A stretch of DNA of 64,000 bases from an uncultured virus (IMG/VR IMGVR_UViG_3300041955_001927) (IMGVR_UViG_3300041955_001927), one strand, 5' to 3'. Counted from the stretch's first letter, positions 27,251-38,078 are shown. Program-made: numbers and translations. The notes: generated from the sequence alone by a model not told the origin.

Positions 27251-28408
27251 ATGGCGCTCAAACTAAAGAGTTTTTCCCAGCCTGACCAGCTGAAGCGGTT
27301 TCAGCCAGAAGGCCTCCTTCGCTTACTTGAGCCCTACAGGCTCTTTCTCGAGATGAAGGGACTTCAGTTTCCCGGACCGGACAGCGAGATCGACTTGCCC
27401 ACACTGGCGGGCATCCTCGCGGAACCCGACGAGGAGATGCCTTCGGATCTCGTTGAGGCACTGCACCTGATCGAGCATCTCGGAACCAACGAATACTACG
27501 ACGATCTGCTCCAGTTGGCCGCCGCCAACGGGATTGATCCGGATGGAGAAGCCACGGCGCCGGATCTCGCCGTTCAGATTTGGCTGAAGAACCCACAGGC
27601 GCTGGAGCGAAAAGATCGCGAGGGCCTTTTCCAGCAGCGCAAGACCTTTGAGAGTTTCCGCGCGGCTGACTCCGCGGCGACCATCGAAATCGATGCCATC
27701 CCTGACGACCTTGGACCACTCGAAGAAGCCCTCGGCCAATACTTCGAGGAAAAGAAGCGTGGGATCGGATGTCGGGTGATCCGCAAGGATTCGCCGGAGG
27801 AGATTCGGTATCTGGTCCAGCACGGGCAGCCGTGCAAAAGAGAACCGAGCCGCAAGGGGCCACTGTCCACATGTACGTTCTTCCGGCCTGAAAAGACGGA
27901 CGTCGTCATCGTCCACGCCGCACAGAAAGAACTGCGCATCAATGCTTCGTGCAAACCTGACCTCCGGAAATACCGCGAGATGTTCGGGCTGTATTTGTTC
28001 GGCGACGCCGGGAAGTTTGTGTACATCGAGAAGTACACCCTCGAACCGCTGAGAGCGCAGGGCGAAGCTGCGCTCCGTTGCAAAGATGTTGACGGCATCG
28101 AATCGGTGCGCCTCACGCAGCTGGAGTTTGACTGGGGTGGCGCGTTCGACTACATCGAAAGACACGTTGCAGCCGATGTGTTCAAGGCACTGGCAGTGCG
28201 CGAGGCGAAGATGCCGACGGACCCGATCATCCGCAAGGCTGTGTTCAAAGTAAAATTGGGCGGCGAAAAAAAGGCCCGCGCGGTATCGGTTACGGCCGGC
28301 AATCAGGCTGGTTACCAGCGCAGCGAAGAGTGCATGCTCGTCGAGCAGTGGCTCTGGGCGCGTGGCTTCGTCCTGCTTGACACGAAGGCCTATGCAGACG
28401 CTGCCTAA
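27251..28408 (+). CDS. Hypothetical phage protein (385 aa)
   Basis: Clean ORF with GAGG SD; no motif recognised. Confidence 0.6.
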   Translation: MALKLKSFSQPDQLKRFQPEGLLRLLEPYRLFLEMKGLQFPGPDSEIDLPTLAGILAEPDEEMPSDLVEALHLIEHLGTNEYYDDLLQLAAANGIDPDGEATAPDLAVQIWLKNPQALERKDREGLFQQRKTFESFRAADSAATIEIDAIPDDLGPLEEALGQYFEEKKRGIGCRVIRKDSPEEIRYLVQHGQPCKREPSRKGPLSTCTFFRPEKTDVVIVHAAQKELRINASCKPDLRKYREMFGLYLFGDAGKFVYIEKYTLEPLRAQGEAALRCKDVDGIESVRLTQLEFDWGGAFDYIERHVAADVFKALAVREAKMPTDPIIRKAVFKVKLGGEKKARAVSVTAGNQAGYQRSEECMLVEQWLWARGFVLLDTKAYADAA

Positions 28409-29261
28409 ACTCTGGCGCAGTCTCGACCGCGTCGCCGGCCAACTTGCCGTTTCCGCAACATGGGCGCTTGAGGCTGGCGAAGATTTCGAGTTTCTGCGCC
28501 CACACCTGCGTCCGACCGACATGGTCGGCGCGCTCTACCCCTGCCCACACCGCTACGGCAACTGCCCGCGGAAGATCGTGGATTACGATAACGGCGAATT
28601 TGCCGCCATCTGCCGCGATCAACATCAGTCCTGCGACCGAGTGCCGCTGACCGTCAGGGAAGCGCTGGTGCATGAACTCGATCTCGCGTCCTTCCTGCGG
28701 CCGATTCTCCTGGCGATATCCATCAGGCGGGAAGAACCACAGAAGCGAGGGTTCGCGACCTGGAGTCTCGGGCTTTCGGCCCGGCGCAGTTCATTGAATC
28801 AACGAGCGTTTCTTATCGTCGCCCATCGGACTGAGAGCTTCGAGTCTGCCGTGAACGACCTGCTGGCTGATGTGGTTGGCCAGTTCCTCGTTCTGGCCCC
28901 CACCAACAAATTCCGCACCGCGCAGGTCCAGGCGAGATTGCAGACGCGCAAAATCGGCTACCTCTGCCTGGAGGAGCAGGTAGGCATCGACGTGAACGGC
29001 GGCTTCGTTTCTATCGATCCGCTGGAGTCCACCGATAGCGTTCAGGCAACGCCGGTCGCGGATCGCAAACGGGTCATTGCGGCATTCAGGTCCAGGCACG
29101 GATGTAAGGTGGCGGAAATCCACGAAGCAGCCGGCGTCCACGAAGCCGACTACTACAAATGGCTGAACGGAAGCATTCCGGACCACTACTCCACCTGCGT
29201 TGCCATCGAGAAGGTCCTGGCGGCCGGCATCCCCAAGCGCGCGCCTCGTAAATCTTCCTAG
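28392..29261 (+). CDS. Hypothetical protein with Cys cluster and C-terminal HTH (possible regulator)
   Basis: CP....CPR...AIC....C cluster; C-term VAEIHEAAGVHEADYYKWLNG XRE-like HTH. Confidence 0.55.
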   Translation: MQTLPKLWRSLDRVAGQLAVSATWALEAGEDFEFLRPHLRPTDMVGALYPCPHRYGNCPRKIVDYDNGEFAAICRDQHQSCDRVPLTVREALVHELDLASFLRPILLAISIRREEPQKRGFATWSLGLSARRSSLNQRAFLIVAHRTESFESAVNDLLADVVGQFLVLAPTNKFRTAQVQARLQTRKIGYLCLEEQVGIDVNGGFVSIDPLESTDSVQATPVADRKRVIAAFRSRHGCKVAEIHEAAGVHEADYYKWLNGSIPDHYSTCVAIEKVLAAGIPKRAPRKSS

Positions 29262-29355
29262 TTTTTCCCTAGTTTTCCGGGGTTGTTTTTCCTGGTATTC
29301 GAGGCCGCATTATCGCCTTGTACCAATCACGCACAAAGCGTGAGGGACAGGCGAA

Positions 29356-29568
29356 ATGACCGACAAACCCTTAGAAAAACTACTCGAAGAGAAGGAACTG
29401 GCGGAGAGGCTTCAGGTCTCTCTCGGCACGCTCCGAACGTGGCGGACTGACGGCACAGGGCCACGTTTTCACCGGATCGGGCAGATGATCCGGTACGCGC
29501 CATCCGACGTGAAGGACTGGCTGCTGAGCCGTCAGGGCGGCGGCGAAGCCATGGCGGTGGCGCGATGA
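29356..29568 (+). CDS. AlpA/excisionase-like HTH DNA-binding protein
   Basis: LLEEKELAERLQVSLGTLRTWR..GTGPRFHRIGQMIRY. Confidence 0.85.
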   Translation: MTDKPLEKLLEEKELAERLQVSLGTLRTWRTDGTGPRFHRIGQMIRYAPSDVKDWLLSRQGGGEAMAVAR

Positions 29569-29924
29569 TCCAGTCCGTCACGCTGCAGAATCTGCTGTCG
29601 TCCGAGATGGCGTTCATCGCCGCCATGCGGCAGCTTGGCTTCGGCCGCTTTGAATTCCTGCAGATCCGCAACGGCGAACTGATCTTCAATCCCGCTCCCA
29701 TTACGGTGCGCGACATCAAGTTCGGGTCGCCGGTGACGCTCGGCAACCCGTCGGCTTCCCCGTCGGAATTCTGTCCGCAGATTGCGGAGTTCTTTAACTA
29801 CGTGCGTGACGTCGAAGCGGGCGAGATCCGCGAAGTCGAGGTGCGGCACGGGCTGCCCTTTTCCATGGAGATCGAACTGTCGGGCGCGAAAAACGCAGCA
29901 ACGCAGGGAGGCCGCCGTGGCTGA
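29565..29924 (+). CDS. Hypothetical phage protein
   Basis: ATGA-coupled; MRQLGFGRFE.L.IRNGE, IEVRHGLPF-like motifs. Confidence 0.6.
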   Translation: MIQSVTLQNLLSSEMAFIAAMRQLGFGRFEFLQIRNGELIFNPAPITVRDIKFGSPVTLGNPSASPSEFCPQIAEFFNYVRDVEAGEIREVEVRHGLPFSMEIELSGAKNAATQGGRRG

Positions 29925-30435
29925 CCTCAGTCTTGATCAGGCGATTCCTGTCGTCCAGAATCTCGCGAGGTTGAAAGCCAACGCTTTCGTCCGGCGATGC
30001 GGGATCGCTGTGGACGAACGGGAGGACGTCGAAAGCCAACTCGTTCTGACCTTTATTTCCCGTTGGCCGAAGTTCGATAGCCAGCGCGCGTCGGTTCGCA
30101 CGTTTGCCTCGCGGGTGATGGACAAGGAACTGAGCTCCATCCTGCGGTATCGACTGACGCCCAGCCGGATCGAACAGGACTTCCCTGCCGCCGGTTTCTC
30201 CCCGAGTCCCGCAGCGCGCGGGCGATTCCGGGTTGACCTCGAGCGGGCGCTGGCGCCGCTGCCGAGCGCCGTCCAGGAAACCGCCCTGACGCTGTTCTGG
30301 TACTCCACGGTCGAAACCGCTGCGACGCTGGGCTGCTCCCGCCAGATCGTCCAGATCCGGAAACGGCAGATTCGGGAAGCACTCGACGCCGCCGGCATCG
30401 GCCCCTTTTATTTCATCGCCGGAGGTGCCCGATGA
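29917..30435 (+). CDS. ECF sigma-factor-like protein
   Basis: EDVESQL...WPKFD..RAS..TF (region 2); VDLERALAPLP...ETAATLGCSRQ (region 4 HTH); GTG after GGAGG. Confidence 0.65.
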   Translation: MADLSLDQAIPVVQNLARLKANAFVRRCGIAVDEREDVESQLVLTFISRWPKFDSQRASVRTFASRVMDKELSSILRYRLTPSRIEQDFPAAGFSPSPAARGRFRVDLERALAPLPSAVQETALTLFWYSTVETAATLGCSRQIVQIRKRQIREALDAAGIGPFYFIAGGAR

Positions 30436-31441
30436 GCGCCCCGCCGATGACCTCCACCTACAGCATGTGGTCGCTGTTTCGAAATTGCCGGAAGGCCGCC
30501 GAATATCGCTACGTTCTCGGTCTCACACCGAACGGGAAGGATCCGAACCTCAACTTCGGCGCCCTGATTCACGAGTGTCTGCAGTTGTGGCACGGGCGCG
30601 GCGACCTCGATGCGGTCATTGCGCTGATCGACCGCGCCTGCGCCGCCCGCGTCAGTGATGAAAACGTCCGCCGCGACTGGCATGTGGCGCGCGCCATGAT
30701 GAGCGGCTACGCCGCGCGGTATCCGCAGGAAGAATTCGAAATCGTCGCCCTGGAGAAAACCTTCGAGGGGCCAATCGTCAATCCGGCGACAGGCGCGGCG
30801 TCCCGGAGTTTCGTTCTGGCCGGCAAGGTCGACGGGATTGTTCGAATCGGCGATGCGCACTACATCCTTGAACACAAAACCGCTGCCACGATTCGACGGT
30901 GATTACCTCGAACGGCTGTGGATGGATTTTCAGATCGCCATCTACTCACATTACGTCGAGGAAGCGCTGGGCATCCCGATCACCGGCGTCATCTACAACG
31001 TTCTCGGAAAGGCGCGGCTCCAGCAGGGAAAGGGTGAAACCGAGGAAGAGTATCTCGAATCGCCGCGCCGAACTGATCGAAAAGTCGAAGACGGGTAAAA
31101 GCACCGCGAAGCAGAAGATGCCGGAGTCCGACGAGGAATTCCAGGCACGGCTGGCGGAGAAATACGCCGCCCCGGAGATGTTCCACCGCGAGAAGCTGTA
31201 TCTGTCGCGGGACAGATTCGACGTCCTGCGGGCCGAACTCTGGCAACTGACCAAGGCGTTTCTCGACGCCCGTAACAGCAAGGTCTTCTACCAGAACACG
31301 GCGTTCTGCTTCAACTACAACCGGCCCTGCGCCTACTTCCCTGTCTGCCGATCCAATGGCAATCCCAACGTGATTGAAAACTTTTACACCATTACGGCGC
31401 CGCACGAGGAATTGCGAACGCCGGCCGCACCCGCTTTCTGA
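30432..31441 (+). pseudogene. PD-(D/E)XK (RecB-like) exonuclease interrupted by two +1 frameshifts
   Basis: FGALIHECL, LAGKVDG, ILEHKT, then DGDYLERLWMDFQ..IY, then CFNYNRPCAYFPVC, in three successive frames; breaks at ~30892 and ~31056; may be a sequencing artefact. Confidence 0.75.
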
Positions 31442-31454
31442 AAGGACAAAACGA

Positions 31455-32223
31455 ATGCCTCTACTACCCACAACGAAAACCGCACCGAAGAACACACTGG
31501 CTGACCTGACCGTATTGGTCTACGGCCAGACCAAGATCGGCAAGACGACGCTCTGCTCACAGGCGGAAGGCGCGCTGTTCCTGGCCACAGAGCCAGGCCT
31601 GAATGCCCTCGACGTTTACCAGGTCCCAATTCTCAACTGGGAGGACCTGCTCAACGCGTGCGCCGAAATCAGCGAAGGCAATCACCCCTTCAAGACGGTG
31701 ATCATCGACACGATTCGACAACGCCTACAAGTTCTGTACCGACTACGTGCTGAAGAAATTCAAGATCGAGCACGAGTCCGACCTGGGCTACGGCAAAGGT
31801 TACGCCCTCATCAACAACGAATTCCAGCGGGTGCTGACGAAGCTGGCCTTCCTGCCCTGCGGGCTTTTCGTCATCTCCCACGCCAAAGAAATGGAGATGG
31901 ACTCGCGCACTGGCAAGTACACGCGCGTCGTTCCGACGCTGCCGGACAAAGCGCGCAAGATCATTCTGGGCATGGCCGACATGGTGCTGTTCTGCGACCT
32001 GGACGTCGAGACCAGTGGCGACGGCGAGCCGCGCGTACGCCGCGTGATCCGCACCAAACCGAGCATCTATTACGAAGCCGGGGATCGCACCGGACGTCTG
32101 CCCGAGACGCTGGACCTCGAGTTCTCGAGCTTTCTCGAAGCATTCAATGCGGCAACCGCCGCGAAATCAGCCGCAAAGCCGATTCCGGCGGGCAAGCCTG
32201 CTCCGGCTACGGTGAGCAAGTAG
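31455..32223 (+). pseudogene. Phage AAA NTP-binding protein (Sak4/AAA_24-like) with one +1 frameshift
   Basis: LVYGQTKIGKTT, TVIIDT|DNAY, LGYGKGY, VISHAK, EAGDR; break at ~31714. Confidence 0.75.
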
Positions 32224-32250
32224 TGAATCCAAATAACAAGGAGAAACCAT

Positions 32251-32709
32251 ATGGGTAAGCAATCAATCGATTTAGCGCAGTTCGACGACGGGTTCCAGAG
32301 CGAGGCCACTGCGGAGCGTGGCGATTTCGAGGGTGTTCCGGACGGCAAGTATCAGGTGACGGTGGAGAAGGTCGAGTTGACCGAAGCACAGAGTTCCGGC
32401 AACCCGATGCTGAAGTGGACGCTCCGCGTGATCGCCCCGAAGTTTGTCGACCGCTTGATGTGGCGCAACAGCGTGATCACGCACAACACGCTGAAGTACG
32501 TAAAGACCGACCTGCAACTGTGCGGCCTGAATCTCGACAAGCTGTCGGATCTGCCGAAGCACCTCGGCAAGCTGCTCGACGTGAAACTCGAGGTGACCAA
32601 GAAGACCAAGGGCGACAACGAGAACATCTTCTTCAACCGGCGCATCGAGAACGACCGGACTCCCAGCAAGTTCCGGCAGGAGGCCGGCGACGCGCTTGTC
32701 CCGTTTTAG
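32251..32709 (+). CDS. DUF669-family (SSB-like) protein
   Basis: VPDGKYQVTVEKVE...SSGNPMLKW; C-terminal VPF tail. Confidence 0.8.
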   Translation: MGKQSIDLAQFDDGFQSEATAERGDFEGVPDGKYQVTVEKVELTEAQSSGNPMLKWTLRVIAPKFVDRLMWRNSVITHNTLKYVKTDLQLCGLNLDKLSDLPKHLGKLLDVKLEVTKKTKGDNENIFFNRRIENDRTPSKFRQEAGDALVPF

Positions 32710-33145
32710 CCGAAGCGAGCCCACCATCATCGTCGACACGCGCGAACAGGAGCCATACTCATTCGATCTCCGGCTGGCAAACGCCGTGCGACGGGCGCTG
32801 CCAGCCGGAGATTACTCTGTCGCCGGACTCGAAGGGATGGTCGCGGTGGAGCGGAAGACGCTTGATGATTTCGTTTCAACCGTGATCCACAGCCGTGAAC
32901 GCTTCCTCACGGAACTGCGCAAGCTCGGCGGATATCGGGCTGCCTGTGTCGTGGTCGAGGCAAACCTCGCCGATGCGTTGCAGAAACGGTACCGGAGCGG
33001 CGCAAATCCGAACGCGGTACTCGGCAGCGCTCTCGCGATCATCCTCGACCAGCGCGTCCCGGTTTTCTTCTGCACGAACCGCCAGGCGGCCTGCCACTTC
33101 GTGCAGGCGTATCTGCTCGCCGCTCACGAAAGGTGGGGGAAATGA
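32696..33145 (+). CDS. ERCC4-domain nuclease
   Basis: IIVDTREQ, LPAGDYS, VAVERKTLDDF. Confidence 0.9.
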   Translation: MSRFSRSEPTIIVDTREQEPYSFDLRLANAVRRALPAGDYSVAGLEGMVAVERKTLDDFVSTVIHSRERFLTELRKLGGYRAACVVVEANLADALQKRYRSGANPNAVLGSALAIILDQRVPVFFCTNRQAACHFVQAYLLAAHERWGK

Positions 33146-35319
33146 CGGCAGAGCGCGCCAGCATTCGCGGCGTCGTGGAGACAGTGTTCTATTCCGGGCC
33201 GACTTTCTCCGCAGGCTCGCTTCGGACCGCGAGCGGAGCCTTCGTCAAGTTCGCCGGCGCAGTGTACGTCCGGGAGAACGATCCGGTCCGGATGGAGGGC
33301 CAATGGGTAAATCATCCGAAGTACGGGCGGCAGTTCGAAGCCGAGTTCATGGGGCACGACCTCGAAATGGACGCCGACGGCCTCGCAAATTTTCTGGCCA
33401 ACCATCGCGACGTTAAGGGTATCGGTCCCGTCAAAGCGCGGCTGATCGCCGACGAGTTCGGTGCCGATTTCGATCATGCGATCCGGACCGGGCCCGAGCG
33501 GGTCGCGGCGGCCGCGAAAGTGCCGCTCGAAACCGCACTCGAATTGCAGAGAATCTGGATTGCCAACACGCAATTCAACACCGCGATGGCCTACCTGGCG
33601 GGCTACGGGCTGACCCACCATCAAGTCACGACGCTGGTGGGGAAATTCGGCAGCCGGGTAGTGTCCATTCTGGAGAGCGACCCATATGTCTTGATGCGCG
33701 AGATCCCCGGTTTCGGGTTCAAACGTGTCGACAAGATCGCCCGGAAGATGGGCACGCCGAAGGATCTGCCGTCGCGGATTCGCGCCGGACTGCAGTACTG
33801 TATTCTCGCGGCTCTCGATGACGGCGACTGCTGGGTTGAATACGAAGATCTGCTCGATCGCGCCAACACGCTGCTTGTGATGGATACGCTCGAAAGCCGC
33901 GAAGTGATCGAAGGCCACCTCGAGGCGCTGATCGCAGACGGAAATCTGGTGTCCCAGCCGTTTGAACAGCTCGTGGTGGCGAGCCCCGAGATTCACCGGA
34001 TGGAGACGGAGCTTGCCGCGGTCTTCAAAACCGCCCGCGGGCGCAGCCCACACGCAGTTGCCAATGTGGATCGGTTAGTCGCAACCGAGGGCGCCGAACT
34101 GAATTCCGAGCAAAGGGAAGCTGTCAGGAACGCGCTCAGCTTCTCCATCTCGCTCATGACCGGCGGTGCCGGGAGCGGCAAGACGTACTCCGTTTCGACG
34201 ATCGCCAGTATCGCCGAGCGTCTGGAGTTAAAGGTCATCCTGGCGGCACCCACAGGCAAGGCAGCTAAACGGCTTGAGGACGTTGTCGGCCACGAAGCCA
34301 GCACGATTCACCGGTTGCTTGGCTTCAATGGCCATACCTACGCGCGCGATGCATTAAACCCGATTGAAGCAGACATCCTCGTTGTGGACGAGGTTTCAAT
34401 GGTGGACGTCCCGCTCGCCTGGCGGCTGTTTGCCGCGGTCGATCGGACGCGCACCGCGATCATTCTCGTCGGAGACCATAATCAGTTGCCGCCAGTAGGG
34501 CCGGGCAATCTTCTGCGCGATCTGGTGCGGTCTCAGGCCCTCCCGACCACGGTGCTCACCAGAATTATTCGTCAGGCCGGCGTACTGAAGGAAAATTCGA
34601 CCGCCATTCTCACTGGCGAAGTGCGGCCCACATCGGATGAGCAAGTGGGCGCTCGCCGACCGTGGTATGTCATCGACAAATTCACGGATCGCGAAGATGT
34701 CCGGCGCATGCTGCTGCTTCTGTTCGATGAAGTGCTGCGGGAGCGACTGGGTTACGACCTGCTTCGCGATGTCCACGTGCTGACACCCACGCACAAAGGC
34801 TCGCTCGGCACCGTGGAGCTGAATATCGAATTGCAGCGCCTGTTGCAGCGGAAGCTGTTTCGGTTCGAAACGCCGGCCGTTGAGGCTGGGCACCGTCCCC
34901 GGGTTTATCCCGGTGACAAAGTGATCCAGACGAAGAACGACTACGATCTGGGCGTCATGAATGGCGCGATGGGCTTTGTGCTCGAAGCCGCTTCCGATGG
35001 AGGTCTGACCATCGACTTCGACGCCCGCCCGGTCAAGATCGATGGCGACTCGGATGCGCTCGGCAATATCCAGTTGGCTTATGCCACGTCGATCCACAAA
35101 GTGCAGGGTTCCGAGTTCCCCTGTGCGGTCGTCATCGTCCACAAATCCCATGCCTTCATGCACCACCGCAATCTGCTCTACACGGCTGTGACCCGCGCCA
35201 AAGAGTCGGTCATTATCCTCGGTGACCGGTGGGGCATCGATAACTGCGCAGCAAAACGCCAGGTGGACCAGCGCAACACATTTCTTTCATTTCTGCTGCA
35301 TCAGGAGCCTTGCCCGTGA
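33142..35319 (+). CDS. recD2: RecD2-like SF1B helicase
   Basis: HPKYGRQF, KGIGP HhH, TGGAGSGKT, LAAPTGKAA, VDEVSMVD, VGDHNQLPPVGPG, LAYATSIHKVQGSEF, LLYTAVTRAK. Confidence 0.9.
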   Translation: MTAERASIRGVVETVFYSGPTFSAGSLRTASGAFVKFAGAVYVRENDPVRMEGQWVNHPKYGRQFEAEFMGHDLEMDADGLANFLANHRDVKGIGPVKARLIADEFGADFDHAIRTGPERVAAAAKVPLETALELQRIWIANTQFNTAMAYLAGYGLTHHQVTTLVGKFGSRVVSILESDPYVLMREIPGFGFKRVDKIARKMGTPKDLPSRIRAGLQYCILAALDDGDCWVEYEDLLDRANTLLVMDTLESREVIEGHLEALIADGNLVSQPFEQLVVASPEIHRMETELAAVFKTARGRSPHAVANVDRLVATEGAELNSEQREAVRNALSFSISLMTGGAGSGKTYSVSTIASIAERLELKVILAAPTGKAAKRLEDVVGHEASTIHRLLGFNGHTYARDALNPIEADILVVDEVSMVDVPLAWRLFAAVDRTRTAIILVGDHNQLPPVGPGNLLRDLVRSQALPTTVLTRIIRQAGVLKENSTAILTGEVRPTSDEQVGARRPWYVIDKFTDREDVRRMLLLLFDEVLRERLGYDLLRDVHVLTPTHKGSLGTVELNIELQRLLQRKLFRFETPAVEAGHRPRVYPGDKVIQTKNDYDLGVMNGAMGFVLEAASDGGLTIDFDARPVKIDGDSDALGNIQLAYATSIHKVQGSEFPCAVVIVHKSHAFMHHRNLLYTAVTRAKESVIILGDRWGIDNCAAKRQVDQRNTFLSFLLHQEPCP

Positions 35320-38075
35320 CACCGCCAGTTGATGTTCACGCCTATTACCGCCAGATCACCGAGGTCGATATCGGCGCCATCGCCCGGGAACTTCTGGGCG
35401 CCCGGATCACGCAGGAAACACGCCACACACTGGCATGCGATTGTCCGAACCACAGCAGTCAGTCCCATCGGTCGCTGCACATCATGCTCGACAGGCAGGG
35501 CTGGTACTGCTTCGGATGCGGCATGGGCGGGGACGTGCTGCAATTCGTCGAGTTCATTCATGACGGCGTTGTGACGCGTGGCGTGTCCGGCACGATGCCT
35601 CAATCGCACCGCGATGCCCGTGATTTCCTGGCCGCGCGGATTGGCACGGCACCTCTGTCGCAGATTGGCCGCACACCGGAGGAAATCGCCGAAGCCGAAG
35701 ATCAGCACCGTCTGACGCTGCGAGTCCGCGATGCACTGACGGCACTGGCGGATTTTCATCATGAGCAACTTACCGGGAATGCTGAAGTTCTCACATGGTT
35801 CAAGGCGAAGTACGGAACGAGCGACGAAACCATCGCGAGGTTGAAAATCGGCTTTGCTGCCAATGAGCCGAGCGCCGCGCGCGCTCTGATGGACGGGCCC
35901 GGCGGATTTACGCTGCGAGAACTAACCGCGACCTCCGCCTTCCGGCCCACCGCACAGGATGGGTTGCTGCCGTTCTTCGATGGCCGGATCATCTTCCCGT
36001 ACTGGAGTCGCGGCCGGGTTGTGTTCATGATCGGTCGCCGAAGTCCGTGGACGCCAGATCACGAATGGGAAAAGTCGAAGTACAAGAAGCTGGCTGTCCA
36101 CAACGAACGCAACCACAACCACGTCGCGCAGTGCATCCAGAACGACGTCCTGTACAACGAAGACGTTCTAATCACGCGGCCACAGCGCGTGATAATCACC
36201 GAGGGGGTGACCGACTGCATTTCGCTCATGGAGCACGGGTTCCCGGGGCTGTCACCAGTCACTGTGCAGATCCGGGAGGCCGACTGGGAGCGGCTCCTGC
36301 CGCGGCTCGCCGGCGTAAAAACTGTCTTCATTTGTCAGGACAACGAGGTGTCGGACGCCGGGATGCAGGGCGCCATGAAGACGGCGCGCGTTCTTGCCGG
36401 CCATGGAATCGCAACGCGTGTTGCTGTCCTGCCACTGGGCGAGAAGCAGCGCGCCGCACGGGAGAAGCTGGCCGGGATGCCTGTCGGAAGCGCCGAAGCG
36501 GAAGGCGCAACTGCCGACTCCAAGATCGACGTCAACGAATACTTCGCGTCCGGCAAGATGGCCGCCGACTTCGAAGAGATACTCTCTGCCGCGCAGACGC
36601 CGCTCGAGCTGAGCATTTCAAAACTATCGCCTGACACACCAGAGGCGGAGTTATCCCGTCTCCTGGAGCCGATCCTCACGGAAGTTCGGCAACTCGGTCC
36701 CCTCGACCAACCACGTCATTTGCGGCTGATTCAGGAAAAGTGCGGCAAAGATCGTGTTCCGATATCGGCTTTGCGGCAACAGATGAAGGTAGTCCGCATC
36801 GACAGCCGCCGCAGCGGAAAGGGGCAGCGTTCCGGGGCCGTGCGCGCTGTCGGTCAGCAGCCCGCACTCGCGGTCGCCGCGGGATCCATCGCATGGCGCG
36901 ATGCGCTGCTGCTCAACCTGAACGGAACGGTCAAGCCGGCACTGGCCAACGCCATCACCGCATTGCGTTGTGCGCCAGAATGGACTGGAGTTCTGGCTTA
37001 CAACGAATTCGCTCATTTCACGCTGGTACAAAGCCCGCCGCCATGGACGAAAACCGACGCATTCAGTCCAACGCCGTGGAGTCCGAATGACGACGTCCTC
37101 GCGACCGAGTGGCTGCACCACCAGGGCATCTTCATTTCCTCCGACATAACCGGCCAGGCGGTTGAAGCCGTAGCTCGCGAGCATCCATTTCATCCGGTCC
37201 GTGACTATCTGAGCGGACTGTCGTGGGACGGCGAACCTCGCCTCCGGTCATGGCTGGCCGACCATCTCGGCGTCGACCCGTCATCCTACGCGTCCGCTGT
37301 CGGTTCGCGCTGGATGATCTCGGCTGTTGCGCGGGTGTTCGCGCCCGGGTGTAAGGCCGATTGCTGCCTGATACTCGAGGGCATCCAAGGCATCAAGAAA
37401 TCGACCACTCTTCGCGCGCTGGCGGATCCATGGTTCACTGACGAGATCGCCGAAATCGGGTCAAAGGATGCCGCCATTCAGACGCATGGCGTCTGGCTGA
37501 TTGAGATTGCCGAGCTCGAATCGATGTCACGTGGCGATGTCGGCAAGATCAAAGCGTTCATGAGCCGCGCCACCGATCGGTTCCGACCGCCCTACGGAAA
37601 ACGGTCCATCGAGTCGCCGCGCCAGTGCGTTTTCGCCGGCAGCGTGAATCACAGCACCTATCTGCGAGACGAGACTGGCGGGCGCCGCTTCTGGCCAGTG
37701 GCATGTAGAGCGCCGGTTATCGACGTCGATGCCCTGAAAGAAGCTCGCGACCAGCTATGGGCCGAAGCAGTGGCTCTGTACTACGACGGAAAGCCGTGGT
37801 GGCTCGATTCGGTGGCGCTGAATCAGGCCGCGGAGGATCAACAGGCCGACCGTTACGAGGGTGATCCGTGGGATGAACTGATCCTTCGATGGGCCGAAAC
37901 ACGGGAGTCGGTTTCCATCTCCGAGATCCTCACGGGTTGTCTCGAAAAGAAAAAAGACATGTGGACGCAGGCCGACAAGGTCCGGATTGCGCGCGCACTT
38001 CGGACTGCCGGATGGAGCCGTTTCTACACCGGGCCGCGAAGTGCGCGGGAATGGCGATACCGGAATCCGGAGTGA
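35316..38075 (+). CDS. DnaG-like primase (CHC2 Zn finger + Toprim) fused to a VapE-family helicase
   Basis: CPNH...WYCFGCGMGGD, IITEGVTD, CQDNE; C-term FHPVRDYL..L.WDG, LEGIQGIKKST, WLIEIAEL, YLRDETGGRRFWPV. Confidence 0.88.
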   Translation: MTPPVDVHAYYRQITEVDIGAIARELLGARITQETRHTLACDCPNHSSQSHRSLHIMLDRQGWYCFGCGMGGDVLQFVEFIHDGVVTRGVSGTMPQSHRDARDFLAARIGTAPLSQIGRTPEEIAEAEDQHRLTLRVRDALTALADFHHEQLTGNAEVLTWFKAKYGTSDETIARLKIGFAANEPSAARALMDGPGGFTLRELTATSAFRPTAQDGLLPFFDGRIIFPYWSRGRVVFMIGRRSPWTPDHEWEKSKYKKLAVHNERNHNHVAQCIQNDVLYNEDVLITRPQRVIITEGVTDCISLMEHGFPGLSPVTVQIREADWERLLPRLAGVKTVFICQDNEVSDAGMQGAMKTARVLAGHGIATRVAVLPLGEKQRAAREKLAGMPVGSAEAEGATADSKIDVNEYFASGKMAADFEEILSAAQTPLELSISKLSPDTPEAELSRLLEPILTEVRQLGPLDQPRHLRLIQEKCGKDRVPISALRQQMKVVRIDSRRSGKGQRSGAVRAVGQQPALAVAAGSIAWRDALLLNLNGTVKPALANAITALRCAPEWTGVLAYNEFAHFTLVQSPPPWTKTDAFSPTPWSPNDDVLATEWLHHQGIFISSDITGQAVEAVAREHPFHPVRDYLSGLSWDGEPRLRSWLADHLGVDPSSYASAVGSRWMISAVARVFAPGCKADCCLILEGIQGIKKSTTLRALADPWFTDEIAEIGSKDAAIQTHGVWLIEIAELESMSRGDVGKIKAFMSRATDRFRPPYGKRSIESPRQCVFAGSVNHSTYLRDETGGRRFWPVACRAPVIDVDALKEARDQLWAEAVALYYDGKPWWLDSVALNQAAEDQQADRYEGDPWDELILRWAETRESVSISEILTGCLEKKKDMWTQADKVRIARALRTAGWSRFYTGPRSAREWRYRNPE

Positions 38076-38078
38076 CCA

